Positions 1 to 9,855 of a stretch of 64,000 bases of DNA are shown here, one piece after another. A program made the translations under genes and the position numbers. The notes under the pieces were generated by a model, which worked only from the letters and a program-made list of their open reading frames with translations, did not search any database and was not told the DNA's origin. The stretch is taken from IMG/VR virus record IMGVR_UViG_3300037451_000035, positions 1-64,000 of that record. The stretch is one strand, 5' to 3'. Source of the DNA: a virus. Each line of letters opens with the position of its first letter. The stretch's first letter is position 1.

Positions 1-76
1 CCTGGAACGCTCCGCTCGGCGACAAGAAGCGCTCGGCGGCGCCGCCCATGCAGGCCCCGGCCAGCGTGCAAGGCGA

Positions 77-559
77 GTGATCGTTCTCGGCATCGACCCG
101 GGCCTATCTGGCGCCCTCGCCTTCGTCGAAGCCTCTATGAATGGACCGCCGCGGCTTTTGCGCGTGGCGGACGTTCCCACTTCGGGCGAAAAGGCAAAGC
201 GGCGAGTATCCTGCGCCGCGATGCTCAATATCATCCGCGAGTTCATGCCCCAGCACGCCGTAATTGAGCGCGCGCAGGCGATGCCCGATCAGGGCGCCTC
301 CAGCGGCTTTCTCTATGGCCGGGCCGTCGGCGCGCTCGAAGCGTTGGTCGAGCCCATGATGATACCGCTGACGGTGATCGAGCCGACCGCCTGGAAGAAA
401 TCGCACGCGCTGATAAAGCGAGGCAAGGAGGACAGCCGGCAGCGGGCGATTCGGCTTTTCCCGGGCTCTGCCGGATTCGAGCGAAAGCTTGACCATAACC
501 GCGCCGAGGCGGCATTGATCGCGTGGTACGGCATCATGCTTTTGCGGGGAGAGCGGTGA
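77..559 (+). CDS. RuvC-like Holliday junction resolvase
   Basis: N-terminal ILGIDPGLSGA, VIE motif, P-x-x-WKK, HNRAEAALIA C-terminal motif. Confidence 0.85.
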   Translation: MIVLGIDPGLSGALAFVEASMNGPPRLLRVADVPTSGEKAKRRVSCAAMLNIIREFMPQHAVIERAQAMPDQGASSGFLYGRAVGALEALVEPMMIPLTVIEPTAWKKSHALIKRGKEDSRQRAIRLFPGSAGFERKLDHNRAEAALIAWYGIMLLRGER

Positions 560-1842
560 GCGAGGGGCTTCGATCTATTCGGCCGCTGGCGGCGGAATCG
601 CTGCGCGGCGTCGAGCCGGCGGCGGTCAGCAAGAAGCTGCCGAAGTTCGAAATGGTCGATCCGCGGACGCTCTACGTCGAGGAAAAATATCAACGCGGCA
701 TCGCCGGCAACGGCATCAAGCTGATTCGCAAAATCTACGGCGGCTTCAATTGGGCGCGCTTCAAGCCGCCGGTATGTGTGCGCTTGCCCGAGTCGGGCAA
801 TGTGCTGGTCTGCATCGACGGCCAGCACACGGCGACCGCGGCCGCCTCGCACCCGGCCATCGAGAAGATCCCGGTGATGATCGTCGGCGCCGAGGACGTC
901 GCCGCGCGCGCGGCCGCCTTCGTCGGGCACAATCGCGACCGGCTCGGGCTCACGCCGCCCATGATCTATTACGCCGAGCTCGCGGCCGGCGAGGCGATGG
1001 CGGTCGTGATCGACCGGGCTTGCAAAGTCGCCGGCGCGCACGTCTTGCCCACGTCGGTCAATCTTCGGAACGAACAGCCGGTCGGCGCCACCATTGCGAT
1101 CGGCACTATGCGGGCGATTGCCAAGCGCCAGGGCGAGGCCATGCTGGTGCGCGTGCTGCGGCTTCTGGTGGGCGCCAAGCGCGGGCCGATCAAGGCCGAC
1201 GAGATCGCCGCGGTGTCGATGATCCTGTTCGCCGCTGGCGACAAGCGCGGCATCGACAAGCGCCTGCAGGCGACCGTCGAATCCAAAACCACCGAACAAT
1301 GGGCCGCGCTCGGCGCGGTCAAGGCGTCGCATAGCGGCGAGCCGCTGGCGAGCGCGGTGGCCGCCCTTTGGTGCGAGGCCATGGACATTCCCCAGGCTGG
1401 GCCGACGGTGAAGGCCCAGAGCGCCAAGGGGAACGCCACCCGGTTCGTGGCCTCAATCGGCAAGCCCGCCAAGCCGGCCGCCCCGCCGCCCCCGCCAGCA
1501 CCGCCTGCGGCGCCAGCGGTGGCCGGGCACGATCAAAACCGCTTCGTCAATCGCAACGGCGTGGTGCTCGATTTGCGCGACCGGCGAATCACCCACCGCG
1601 GGCTGTCGACCAAATTGCCCGACGACGGGATTCGGCTGGTTGCCTCGCTGGCGCGCGTCATGCCGTCGATCATGGACACCGGGGTGCTGGCGCGGCAGGC
1701 CTTCAACCGGATTGTGCACGATCCGAAAGGTATGGTGCGCACGCTGGTCGACGAATTGAACCCGACGCTCCGCGGCGTGCGCTTGGAAATCAAAACGGTT
1801 CCGAACATCGGGCATACCCTGTTCGATCTCGGCGCCGAGTGA
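556..1842 (+). CDS. ParB/Srx-like N-terminal domain protein with C-terminal winged-helix-like region
   Basis: YQR...IDGQHT motif of the ParB-like fold; C-terminus resembles an OmpR-type wHTH (IKTVPNIGHTL); GTG start overlaps the upstream stop. Confidence 0.65.
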   Translation: MSEGLRSIRPLAAESLRGVEPAAVSKKLPKFEMVDPRTLYVEEKYQRGIAGNGIKLIRKIYGGFNWARFKPPVCVRLPESGNVLVCIDGQHTATAAASHPAIEKIPVMIVGAEDVAARAAAFVGHNRDRLGLTPPMIYYAELAAGEAMAVVIDRACKVAGAHVLPTSVNLRNEQPVGATIAIGTMRAIAKRQGEAMLVRVLRLLVGAKRGPIKADEIAAVSMILFAAGDKRGIDKRLQATVESKTTEQWAALGAVKASHSGEPLASAVAALWCEAMDIPQAGPTVKAQSAKGNATRFVASIGKPAKPAAPPPPPAPPAAPAVAGHDQNRFVNRNGVVLDLRDRRITHRGLSTKLPDDGIRLVASLARVMPSIMDTGVLARQAFNRIVHDPKGMVRTLVDELNPTLRGVRLEIKTVPNIGHTLFDLGAE

Positions 1843-1853
1843 AAGGAAGCCAG

Positions 1854-2522
1854 ATGGCAAAATTCCAAAAGAGACCACCGTCGGAGCGTCCGAAGCCGAA
1901 CAATCGGGCGATCGCCATTGCGATCACAGTCTTGCTCTTGCTGATCGGGCTCGGCTTCTGTGCCTATGAGCCGCGACCGCCCCGGCCGGTCTCAACCTTG
2001 CCGACGTTCAACGAGCAGATTACGCCGCTGCCCGAATTGCCACCGCCGACAACAGTCGAGAAATCGAGCCCGCCGATGGTTGAGGAACCGGCCCGCGTCG
2101 AACCCGCGCCCGTTGCGCACGACCCGCCGCCCGATGCAACGCCGCCCGCGGCAGTGCCACCGGCCGCCCAGATAGCGCCGGAGCCCGAGCCTGTGCCCCA
2201 GCCCGCGCCAAGCGAACCGCCCCAATCGCCGTCCCAGGACAAGTCCATTACCCCGGAAACCGGCGCGCCACCGCCGTCAGAGCCGCCCAATAGCGGCGCA
2301 ACCGCTGCTCCAGCACCGCCGCCGGAACCCGTCGCGACGCCAATTCCTCCGGCGATAATCCCGCCGCCAGATGGCGCCGTAGCGCCAGCGGCGAGCCCGC
2401 CTGCGGCGGCCCAGCCCGCGCCGCCCTCCCACGCCGCTCACCACCGGCGGCCGCACCGCCATGCGCTGCGGCAGCACCGCAAGGCCGCCCCGGTCGAATA
2501 TCTCCGGGCCTGCAGCGGATAG
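1854..2522 (+). CDS. Proline-rich membrane-anchored protein
   Basis: AAGGAAG SD; hydrophobic segment IAIAITVLLLLIGLGF followed by a long Pro/Ala-rich tract. Confidence 0.6.
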   Translation: MAKFQKRPPSERPKPNNRAIAIAITVLLLLIGLGFCAYEPRPPRPVSTLPTFNEQITPLPELPPPTTVEKSSPPMVEEPARVEPAPVAHDPPPDATPPAAVPPAAQIAPEPEPVPQPAPSEPPQSPSQDKSITPETGAPPPSEPPNSGATAAPAPPPEPVATPIPPAIIPPPDGAVAPAASPPAAAQPAPPSHAAHHRRPHRHALRQHRKAAPVEYLRACSG

Positions 2523-2591
2523 CCGGGGACAGCCTATGGCGACCCTTGCGGACTCACGCTAAGGGTGCCGGGAGACAGGGAATTGCTCGCC

Positions 2592-3971
2592 ATGATCCGG
2601 CCCGAAAGCTTCCTCGACGGGCGCGTGACGCTTTGGGGCGGCGATTGTCTTAAACGGCTTCCAAAATTAGCGGAAAATTCGATTGATTCTGGCGTCTGTG
2701 ATCCGCCCTATCACCTGACCAGCATTGTCAAGCGCTTCGGCGCCAACAATGCCGCGCCAGCAAAGCGCGGGAAGACCGGGGCCTATGCTCGAGCGTCGGC
2801 CGGGTTCATGGGCAAGCAATGGGACGGCGGCGACATTGCGTTCCGACCCGAGATATGGCGAGCCGTCCTTCGCGTCTTCAAGCCCGGCGCGCATCTGATC
2901 GCCTTCGGCGGCACGAGAACCTATCACCGGATGGCGTGCGCAATTGAGGATGCCGGATTTGAGATTCGGGACTGCATCCAGTGGCTTTACGGTTCCGGCT
3001 TTCCAAAATCTCACGATGTCGGCAAAGGTATTGATCGCGCGGCCGGCGCGGAGCGCTCCCTTGTCGCCCTAGGCAAGCCCGTCAAGCGCATCATCCCAGG
3101 CGCTGACCAGAACAAGGCCGGCTGGGAAAAGACGAACGGGCGCGTCTATGTGCCCGGCCGGCGCCCGCCTGTAACCGAGGAAGCGCAACGCTGGGATGGC
3201 TGGGGCACGGCATTGAAGCCAGCTTGCGAATTGATCGTGCTGGCCCGCAAGCCGCTCGACGGCACGGTCGCCGCCAATGTTCTGAAATGGGGAACCGGCG
3301 CGCTGAATATCAACGGCTGTCGCATAATGGTGGATGACGAAGCCTACGCCAAGAATTGCAGCGGCGACCGCGGCCATGCCGACAATCGCTCGCGCAACAT
3401 GGATTTTGCGATGGGCTGCGGCACGGCTTCTGATCTTGGCCGCTGGCCCGCCAACGTCATCACCGATGGAAGCAAGGAAGTCGTCGGCTTGTTTCCCGAT
3501 AACCTGACCAGCGGCACTGGCGCCGTGAAGCGCGAGACTGGCGAGGGCTACCAAGCCAACGCCTACGGCAAGGAGAGCCGTTCAGTCGGTACGCCCAACG
3601 TCGAATATGGCGATACAGGATCAGCCGCCAGATTTTTTTATACGAGCAAGGCTGATTCCGATGATCGGCTTGGCTCGAAGCATCCGACGGTCAAGCCGCT
3701 CGACCTGATGCAATATCTTGTGCGGCTGGTCACGCCGCCGCGTGGCCTGGTGCTGGACCCGTTCGCCGGCACTGGCACAACCGGGGAAGCTGCATGGCGC
3801 GAAGGAATGCGCGCGGTGCTGATCGAGCGCGAGGCCGAATATCAAGACGATATCCGCCGGCGCATGAAGCTGGCGCTTGCCGGTCCTGACGAGCGCGCCC
3901 GCGAATCGATAAAGGCAACGCTGAAAGACACACCGGCCGATCCTGGCCCGCTCTTCGGTGGCTCGTCATGA
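2592..3971 (+). CDS. DNA methyltransferase (N4-C/N6-A, beta class)
   Basis: DPPY catalytic motif near the N-terminus; HPTVKP and VLDPFAGTGTTG SAM-binding motif near the C-terminus. Confidence 0.92.
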   Translation: MIRPESFLDGRVTLWGGDCLKRLPKLAENSIDSGVCDPPYHLTSIVKRFGANNAAPAKRGKTGAYARASAGFMGKQWDGGDIAFRPEIWRAVLRVFKPGAHLIAFGGTRTYHRMACAIEDAGFEIRDCIQWLYGSGFPKSHDVGKGIDRAAGAERSLVALGKPVKRIIPGADQNKAGWEKTNGRVYVPGRRPPVTEEAQRWDGWGTALKPACELIVLARKPLDGTVAANVLKWGTGALNINGCRIMVDDEAYAKNCSGDRGHADNRSRNMDFAMGCGTASDLGRWPANVITDGSKEVVGLFPDNLTSGTGAVKRETGEGYQANAYGKESRSVGTPNVEYGDTGSAARFFYTSKADSDDRLGSKHPTVKPLDLMQYLVRLVTPPRGLVLDPFAGTGTTGEAAWREGMRAVLIEREAEYQDDIRRRMKLALAGPDERARESIKATLKDTPADPGPLFGGSS

Positions 3972-4222
3972 GCAAAAAGAAAACCGACTTCCGCACGCTC
4001 CGCGCCCGCCGCGATAGTGCCATGGCGAGGCCGGAACTTCGCGCCGAATCGGAGCGCCGCGAGGCGCCAGCCGGCGCGACGTCGTTTCCGATCAAGGTCG
4101 CCAGCGCCGAAGATTCCCGATTGGTGGCCGATTTCCTGGCGCGCAAGGGACAAAAGCGGGATGTCCCCGCTAATCAAGATGCCAGCGATAGCGGCTGGCA
4201 ACGAGGCCGCGACTCGGCCTAG
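3968..4222 (+). CDS. Hypothetical protein
   Basis: ATGA coupling to the methylase stop. Confidence 0.5.
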   Translation: MSKKKTDFRTLRARRDSAMARPELRAESERREAPAGATSFPIKVASAEDSRLVADFLARKGQKRDVPANQDASDSGWQRGRDSA

Positions 4223-4231
4223 AAAAGAAAT

Positions 4232-4259
4232 GCCCCGGTCAGGTGAGCGCCTGCCGGGG
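4232..4259 (+). terminator. GC-rich hairpin after the methylase operon
   Basis: ccccgg-t-cagg...cctg-ccgggg stem; no clear U-tract. Confidence 0.3.
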
Positions 4260-4669
4260 CCGATCTGGATGGCCTTGATGGAACGGTCCAGACCAAAGGT
4301 TCTTGATGGAAGCCCTATAGATTTGGGCGGATTCCGTCAACCCTTTGTGCCTCGTTATCCAGCCCGACGCGAGCCATTGCGTCGATTGAGCAGGCCTTCG
4401 ATTGCGCCCAGCGGCGCTCGGCCGCGATCAATTCCGGGGATGAAGCGCGGGGAACTTTGCCGGCGGCGACGCCGGATTTCCTACCCCGGCGAGTGCGGCA
4501 TGTCGGCTCGCCGGCAACTTGGGACTTCTAAGGCATCAGTAATTGCGTGGCCGGCGGGCTGGCCCTTCCGAGATCAGGGCATCCCAAGCTATAGCGCGAA
4601 CATGCTTCCCGATCCGCATGGCCCCGATATCCGGGCCGGAAGTTGCGGAAAGCGGCCTATGGAGGAACG

Positions 4670-4894
4670 ATGAGCACCGGACGGAAGATGAAACGCGACG
4701 GCGAGATTCCAAAAACGATTTTGCGCTCGTTGCGCGAATCGTATGCGGAGGCCAACAAACAGGCGGCGGCTTTGATCCGAGCCTATTGGAACAATCCGCT
4801 GGCGCTGGTCGATCTTCAAGGCGAGATTGAGCGCGGCGCCGACAAAGCGAATCAAATTGCGCTGCGCGCCCAGACGCGCGCTGACCGGAGTTGA
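4670..4894 (+). CDS. Hypothetical protein
   Basis: GGAGG SD before ATG. Confidence 0.5.
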   Translation: MSTGRKMKRDGEIPKTILRSLRESYAEANKQAAALIRAYWNNPLALVDLQGEIERGADKANQIALRAQTRADRS

Positions 4895-4899
4895 TCGCG

Positions 4900-5271
4900 A
4901 TGGCCGCAACTCTATTGCCGCCGAACTGGCAACCCTCGAATGGCGATCGTGACTACGGTCACCGCGTTCTTCATCTGACCGACCATCAAATAGATTCCGT
5001 CGCCGAAGATATGCGTCTATGGGTGGAACAAGAGGCACATCGCTCGATCACCAAAAAATCGAGCTGGTCGGCGACGTTCAAAAATTTCATGCGCCGCGAG
5101 GCGAAGAGACAGGGAGAACGAAATGGCAAGCGAATCGGGAGCGGAGCGCGAAGCGGATCGGCGCTCGACGCCTTGGACAGATTACAAGGGTCTATCGGAC
5201 GACGTGGTGATCACGCGCCAGATCAAGATTCTACTTTCCTCCTATCGCCGGGACGATTACGCGGACCCTGA
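4900..5271 (+). CDS. Replication-initiator C-terminal (DnaT-like) domain protein
   Basis: LPPNWQP...W...KKSSWSATFKNFMRR resembles the LP.DW.P...K.DW.ATW.NW.R motif of phage initiators. Confidence 0.5.
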   Translation: MAATLLPPNWQPSNGDRDYGHRVLHLTDHQIDSVAEDMRLWVEQEAHRSITKKSSWSATFKNFMRREAKRQGERNGKRIGSGARSGSALDALDRLQGSIGRRGDHAPDQDSTFLLSPGRLRGP

Positions 5272-5800
5272 AGGGTTCGTGGTCCAGCTTGCCGCGCTCT
5301 TCGAGCGCTATCCACGCAATGTGATCGTCGAAGTGACCAACCCGCTCAATCTTAACAGCATCCAGCGCAAGCATCCGACCTATCCGCCGAATATCGGCGA
5401 GGTCGCCGACGCGCTGGCGGCCGAGGATGCCGAGCAAGCCCGCATTGCCAAGGCTCTCAACAGCCCGAAGCCGGTCTTTCATCGGCGCTATGTGCCGCCG
5501 CCGAATTTCCCGGGCTGTCGCGCGAATATGCTGGTGCTTAAAGCGTCGCCGCAATATGGGGCCGCGAGCGATATTGTGGAGTCCGGTCAATTGGACAAAC
5601 GCGACTGGAAAATCGACGAGCATGGCCGCGGCATCTGGCTCGGGCTGAACGTCTGGAATAATTTTGTCGCCGGTCGGTCCAGTGCGCGCCAAGTCGGCTC
5701 GGTCATCAGCGAGGCGTCCTTGCGCGCCGAATATGGACGCGCCGAGGCGGAGCGGCACGATTCGGACGCGATGTTCGACCCGCCGTCAGCCGCGCTATGA
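5123..5800 (+). CDS. Putative replication accessory (helicase-loader-like) protein
   Basis: Follows the initiator-like gene; YPPNIGEV resembles the F.P.IAE motif of phage loader-like proteins. Confidence 0.4.
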   Translation: MASESGAEREADRRSTPWTDYKGLSDDVVITRQIKILLSSYRRDDYADPEGFVVQLAALFERYPRNVIVEVTNPLNLNSIQRKHPTYPPNIGEVADALAAEDAEQARIAKALNSPKPVFHRRYVPPPNFPGCRANMLVLKASPQYGAASDIVESGQLDKRDWKIDEHGRGIWLGLNVWNNFVAGRSSARQVGSVISEASLRAEYGRAEAERHDSDAMFDPPSAAL

Positions 5801-5901
5801 GACCGCTTACTGATCGCGATATCGAAACGCTCCGCGAGCTTGCCGTCGCCACGAATCCGCGCGACGCCTTCGCCCGAGAGGGTTGGGTAATGCCAATGGA
5901 T

Positions 5902-6011
5902 GGGAATTATATACATGAGTCCATTTCGTTCGTCAGCCGCGTTGCCGGGAAGCGGCTTACCTACAAGGCGCTGATCGCATGAGCGCGCCAGCGAAGCCGT
6001 ATATAATTCCC
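5902..6011. mobile_element. 110-bp MITE-like internal-deletion derivative of the IS1595 element at 21392
   Basis: Perfect 13-bp TIR gggaattatatac/gtatataattccc; interior encodes SFVSRVAGKRLTYKALIA*, nearly identical to the C-terminus of transposase 21462-22391. Confidence 0.88.
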
Positions 6012-6242
6012 CAAATTTGGAATGTTCATACGGAAGGCTGCGCTTCGCTCAACTATTCGAGCCACGATGGCATCCAAGGCCACAACCTGAATATCGACCG
6101 CTGCGACGATGTTTTGCAGGTCGAATTGGTCCGGGGAACTGACGGCGAATCCATCGTCGCCGAGTTCACTTTGGCCGAGGCCGAGGAAATCGCGGCATCG
6201 GTTGCCCACGTCTGCCGCAACATCCGAAAGCATCGGGCCTAA
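5979..6242 (+). CDS. Hypothetical protein (chimeric start inside the MITE; probable IS passenger)
   Basis: ORF starts in the MITE and ends 3 nt before the transposase ATG. Confidence 0.4.
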   Translation: MSAPAKPYIIPQIWNVHTEGCASLNYSSHDGIQGHNLNIDRCDDVLQVELVRGTDGESIVAEFTLAEAEEIAASVAHVCRNIRKHRA

Positions 6243-7308
6243 GCCATGCCCCCCGCTCACGACGTACACCAATGGGAGAACTTGGGATTTCCCAAGTCTC
6301 TCCCCTCGTTCCAGAAGCTTTTCCCGGATGACGCGGCGTGCGCCCGCTACCTGGAAGGCGCCAAGTGGCCCAAGGGCTTCGAGTGCCCGAACTGCCACAC
6401 CAAAGGCGAGCCGTTCCGGTTTGAAGCCCGGCCGCACGTGCTGCGCTGCAAATCGTGCCGGAGCGACGTTTCCTTGAAGGCTGGCGCCGTCATGGAAGGC
6501 ACGCATACCCCGCTCACGACGTGGTTTTGGGGCGCCTATCTGATTTCTACATCGACTCCGGGCATTTCGGGCGTTCAGTTTCAACGTCAGCTTGGCCTCA
6601 AAAGGTATGAGACCGCCTATCAAATCCTGCACAAGCTCCGGGCGGCCATGTTCCGCCCCGGCCGCGACCGGATCGGCGGCAACCTTGGCCGTGGCGATCA
6701 TGTCGAGGTTGACGAAACGTACATCGGCGGGAAGGTCCGGGGCGAAGGCAGCGGCCCGAAACCCGATCATACCGTCCTGGTTTCGGCGGCAGTTGAGGTC
6801 CGCACCCGACCGGCCAAGAAAGGCGACAAGCCGCAACGCCGTGGCGGCCGGTACGCGGGCCGCTTGCGGCTGGCAATCGTTGACGGGCGCAGCGAAAAGG
6901 ACCTGTGCGGCTTTGTAGAGGCCACTGTCGAGCCGGGCGCCATGGTCATTACGGACGCCTACCGGAGCTACAATTCGCTGAGCAAGCGCGGCTACCAGCA
7001 TTTGCCGGTGATCGAAGGCGGCAAGCCGGAAGTCGCCGAAGAGTTCCTGCCTATCGTGCATCTGGTTTTCTCAAATCTGAAATCGTGGTTACAGGGCACT
7101 CACCACGGCCGCGTCGAGCCTAAGCACTTGCAAGCCTATTTGAACGAGTTTGCCTTTCGCTTTAACCGGCGCTTCTACCCGTTCAACGCCTTCCGCTCGT
7201 TGCTCGGCATCGGCGCTAATGGCGAGGCCCCGACTTACGCCGACCTTTACAGCGGTGACTGGCAACACCCTACGGTTAGCGATCATGGGTAACAACCGGA
7301 TAAGCATG
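6012..7308 (+). mobile_element. IS1595-family element, left end missing
   Basis: Transposase followed by right end caaccggataagcatg (7293-7308); no matching left TIR seen upstream. Confidence 0.8.
6246..7292 (+). CDS. IS1595-family (ISXO2-like) DDE transposase
   Basis: Zn ribbon CPNC/CKSC, VEVDETYIGG, ITDAYRSY, HLQAYLNEFAFRFNRR. Confidence 0.95.
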   Translation: MPPAHDVHQWENLGFPKSLPSFQKLFPDDAACARYLEGAKWPKGFECPNCHTKGEPFRFEARPHVLRCKSCRSDVSLKAGAVMEGTHTPLTTWFWGAYLISTSTPGISGVQFQRQLGLKRYETAYQILHKLRAAMFRPGRDRIGGNLGRGDHVEVDETYIGGKVRGEGSGPKPDHTVLVSAAVEVRTRPAKKGDKPQRRGGRYAGRLRLAIVDGRSEKDLCGFVEATVEPGAMVITDAYRSYNSLSKRGYQHLPVIEGGKPEVAEEFLPIVHLVFSNLKSWLQGTHHGRVEPKHLQAYLNEFAFRFNRRFYPFNAFRSLLGIGANGEAPTYADLYSGDWQHPTVSDHG

Positions 7309-7369
7309 ATGACGTAAATGCCAAGGGCCGCACAGTCGTCGAGCAGCACGAACTATTCGAGGCCACGCC

Positions 7370-7558
7370 ATGAATCAATCTGACTGGATCGACATTCTCG
7401 CGCGAAGCGATAGCCTTCGTCCGGTGATCAATATACAGGACGCGCGCGCCGCGGTGCGTCTCGAATTATGGTATTCCGCGGCGTGCGGTGAAGCACCCGT
7501 CGGCATCGTCTCGCATCCTGATTATCTGATCGGAAAGCCGATTCATGTCATCGACTGA
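7370..7558 (+). CDS. Hypothetical protein
   Basis: Short coupled ORF within the operon. Confidence 0.45.
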   Translation: MNQSDWIDILARSDSLRPVINIQDARAAVRLELWYSAACGEAPVGIVSHPDYLIGKPIHVID

Positions 7559-7811
7559 GATCGCACCGGCGCAGCCAGCCATCAACGAGCACGTCGATTA
7601 TCACTCCCCCTATCGCACCGGAGTCTTCGACGCGATCGTCCGCGCCATCAATCCGGACGGGACGGTGGCGGTCGATATCTACTTGCCCGGCGCCGCCGCC
7701 ATGGATCGCCGTATTTACGACGAGCCCGCCGTCAGGCTAAGGTCGGTCAGCTACGGTCCAAATGGCCGGGCGCGCCCGCGGAGAGATCGTGGCGAAACAG
7801 GGAATCGCTGA
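7545..7811 (+). CDS. Hypothetical protein
   Basis: Overlapping ORF within the operon. Confidence 0.5.
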   Translation: MSSTEIAPAQPAINEHVDYHSPYRTGVFDAIVRAINPDGTVAVDIYLPGAAAMDRRIYDEPAVRLRSVSYGPNGRARPRRDRGETGNR

Positions 7812-8571
7812 TCCGTTCAAGACCGACGGCGGCCGGAAGATGGAATCCGGCGTCGCGCCGCTGTCGCGATTTCTCCCCTATCCGCAAAACCCGCGCACGC
7901 ACCCGCCGGAAATGATCGCGTTTCTGGCCTATCTCTTGAAGCGCTACGGCCCCGACCAGCCGATTGTCGTCGACGAAAATTGGATCATCGTCAAAGGCCA
8001 TGGCCGCCGAGAAAGCGCGCTGCAGGCGGGCCTCGAAGAATTTCCCTATGTGCGCCGGCTCGATCTTTCGGAAGCCGAAAAGATCGCGATGCGCATCGAC
8101 GACAACCAGAGCGCCCTTCTGTCGGGCTGGAATATCCCGCTGGTGCACGGCGAGATCGGGCGGCTGAAGGGCTTCGGCTACGACATAAACCGCCTGGGCT
8201 TCGGCCAAGCCGAGCTTGTGCAATTCACCACCACGCCCGGGCCCGAGAATGGCGGCGCGCCGGCTGGAGGCGGCCTTGGCTCGCTCGCGGATCGCTTCGG
8301 CGTGGTGCCGTTCTCGGTGCTCAACGCGCGCGAGGGCTGGTGGCAAGATCGCAAACGGGCATGGCTGGCGCTCGGGATTCAAAGCGAGCTCGGGCGCGGC
8401 GAGAACTTGCTGAAATTCAGGGAGACGCTGCTGGAGCCCGACCCAGCGAAGCGCGGCGCCAAGGCGGATGCCAAGACATTCGGCACCGGCGCGGCGGCAA
8501 AGGGTAAAAATTGGCTCTATGGCAACGACAAGCCGCCGGGACCGAAGGCGCCGCTCGGGGGCGAGGTCTGA
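7789..8571 (+). CDS. ParB-like nuclease-domain protein fused to a methylase-associated N-terminal segment
   Basis: PYPQNPRTH, PIVVDENWIIVKGHGRR, IDDN; then SLADRFGVVPFSVLNAREGWWQDRKRAW typical of phage ParB-methylase proteins. Confidence 0.8.
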   Translation: MAKQGIADPFKTDGGRKMESGVAPLSRFLPYPQNPRTHPPEMIAFLAYLLKRYGPDQPIVVDENWIIVKGHGRRESALQAGLEEFPYVRRLDLSEAEKIAMRIDDNQSALLSGWNIPLVHGEIGRLKGFGYDINRLGFGQAELVQFTTTPGPENGGAPAGGGLGSLADRFGVVPFSVLNAREGWWQDRKRAWLALGIQSELGRGENLLKFRETLLEPDPAKRGAKADAKTFGTGAAAKGKNWLYGNDKPPGPKAPLGGEV

Positions 8572-9855
8572 TGCCGAAGGCTCCGAAGAAAAAGCGCCAC
8601 CTTGGCCCGCGCAAGCCCGGCCGCACGTTCAATAACGACATCATGCGCGGGGAGAGCGCTGTGCCGGCCGACGGCCTCGGGCCCGGCCAGCGGCGGCGGA
8701 GCAATTCGGCAGACGCGGCGCCAGTTGCGGCGTTGACCTATGCGGGCAAGCAAAGGCGCCGACCCGATCTCGATCCGGTCACTCAAAAGATTCTGGGCGG
8801 CAAGCGCGGCATCGCGGTGCCCGGCGGGATGCGGGGCGGCAATTCCGGCAAGACGGGCCTACACCCGCGGCCGCAAAGCCAATGCCGAGCCGGCGGGCGG
8901 CGGAGGAGGCAAGTGGCGAGAAATGCAAGACAAGCTGAATAAAAGCCGCGCGCAGACCGCCTCGCTGGGTAATGGCCTCACGCTCGGAACGACGATTCAT
9001 CCCTACGTCGGCACCGACCCGCAAACCGACGCGAGCGCTACCGGCACGTCGATTTTCGATCCTGTGCTTGCTGAATTGGTCTATCGCTGGTTTTGCCCGC
9101 CCGGTGGCCTGGTGCTCGACCCGTTCGCCGGCGGCTCGGTGCGCGGCATTGTCGCGTCCCGGCTCGGCCGGCAATATCTCGGGATTGATCTCCGCCCCGA
9201 GCAAGTCGCGGCGAACGAAATGCAGGCCAAGTTGATCTGCAAAGCGCCGCTGCCGCAATGGATCTGCGGCGACGCGCTCGACGTCGTCGAGTTCATGGGC
9301 AAGCGCAAGGCGCATCTGATCTTCTCGTGCCCGCCGTATGCCGATCTTGAAGTCTATTCCGACGACGAGCGCGATCTATCGACGATGGACCATGCCGAGT
9401 TTCTGAAGGCATACTCGGCAATTATTGGCGATTGCGCCAAGTGTCTCGCCGACGATTCGTTCGCCTGCTTTGTGATCGGCGAGGCGCGCGGCCCCGATGG
9501 TAATTATTACGGGCTGGTGGCGCGCACCGTCGAGGCTTTCGAGGCGGCTGGATTGCCGCTCTACAACAACGCGATTCTCGTCACCGTCGCGGGCTCGCTG
9601 CCGATCCGGACCGCCAAGCAATTCACCGTCAGCCGCAAGCTGGGAACCACACACCAGCATTGCCTTGTCTTCCTGAAGGGCGACGCCGTCGAGGCGACGA
9701 AAGCCATCGGCGCGGTTGATTTCGGGGAAATCCTCGAAGGCGCTCCGCCGGCCTCGCCCGAGCAGGATTCCGGCACAGCACCAGCGCCGAAGCGATCGAC
9801 ACCGCCAGCGCCGCCCGGCTCCGCCAATCTGGCGGATTATGGGGACGTGCTGTGA
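8571..9855 (+). CDS. DNA methyltransferase, apparently frameshifted near 8855
   Basis: TSIFDPVLAEL, VLDPFAGGSVRG, FSCPPY motifs; the 5' portion (MPKAPKK...) is in a different frame. Confidence 0.8.

Larger units (their letters stand above)
5797..7373 (+). pseudogene. Small winged-helix-like gene split by IS1595 elements (5' part 5797-5901, 3' part about 7309-7373)
   Basis: MRPLTDRDIETLREL...GWVMPMD stops at the MITE left end; after the IS right end a frame reads DVNAKGRTVVEQHELFEATP* with ATGA coupling to the next gene. Confidence 0.5.
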
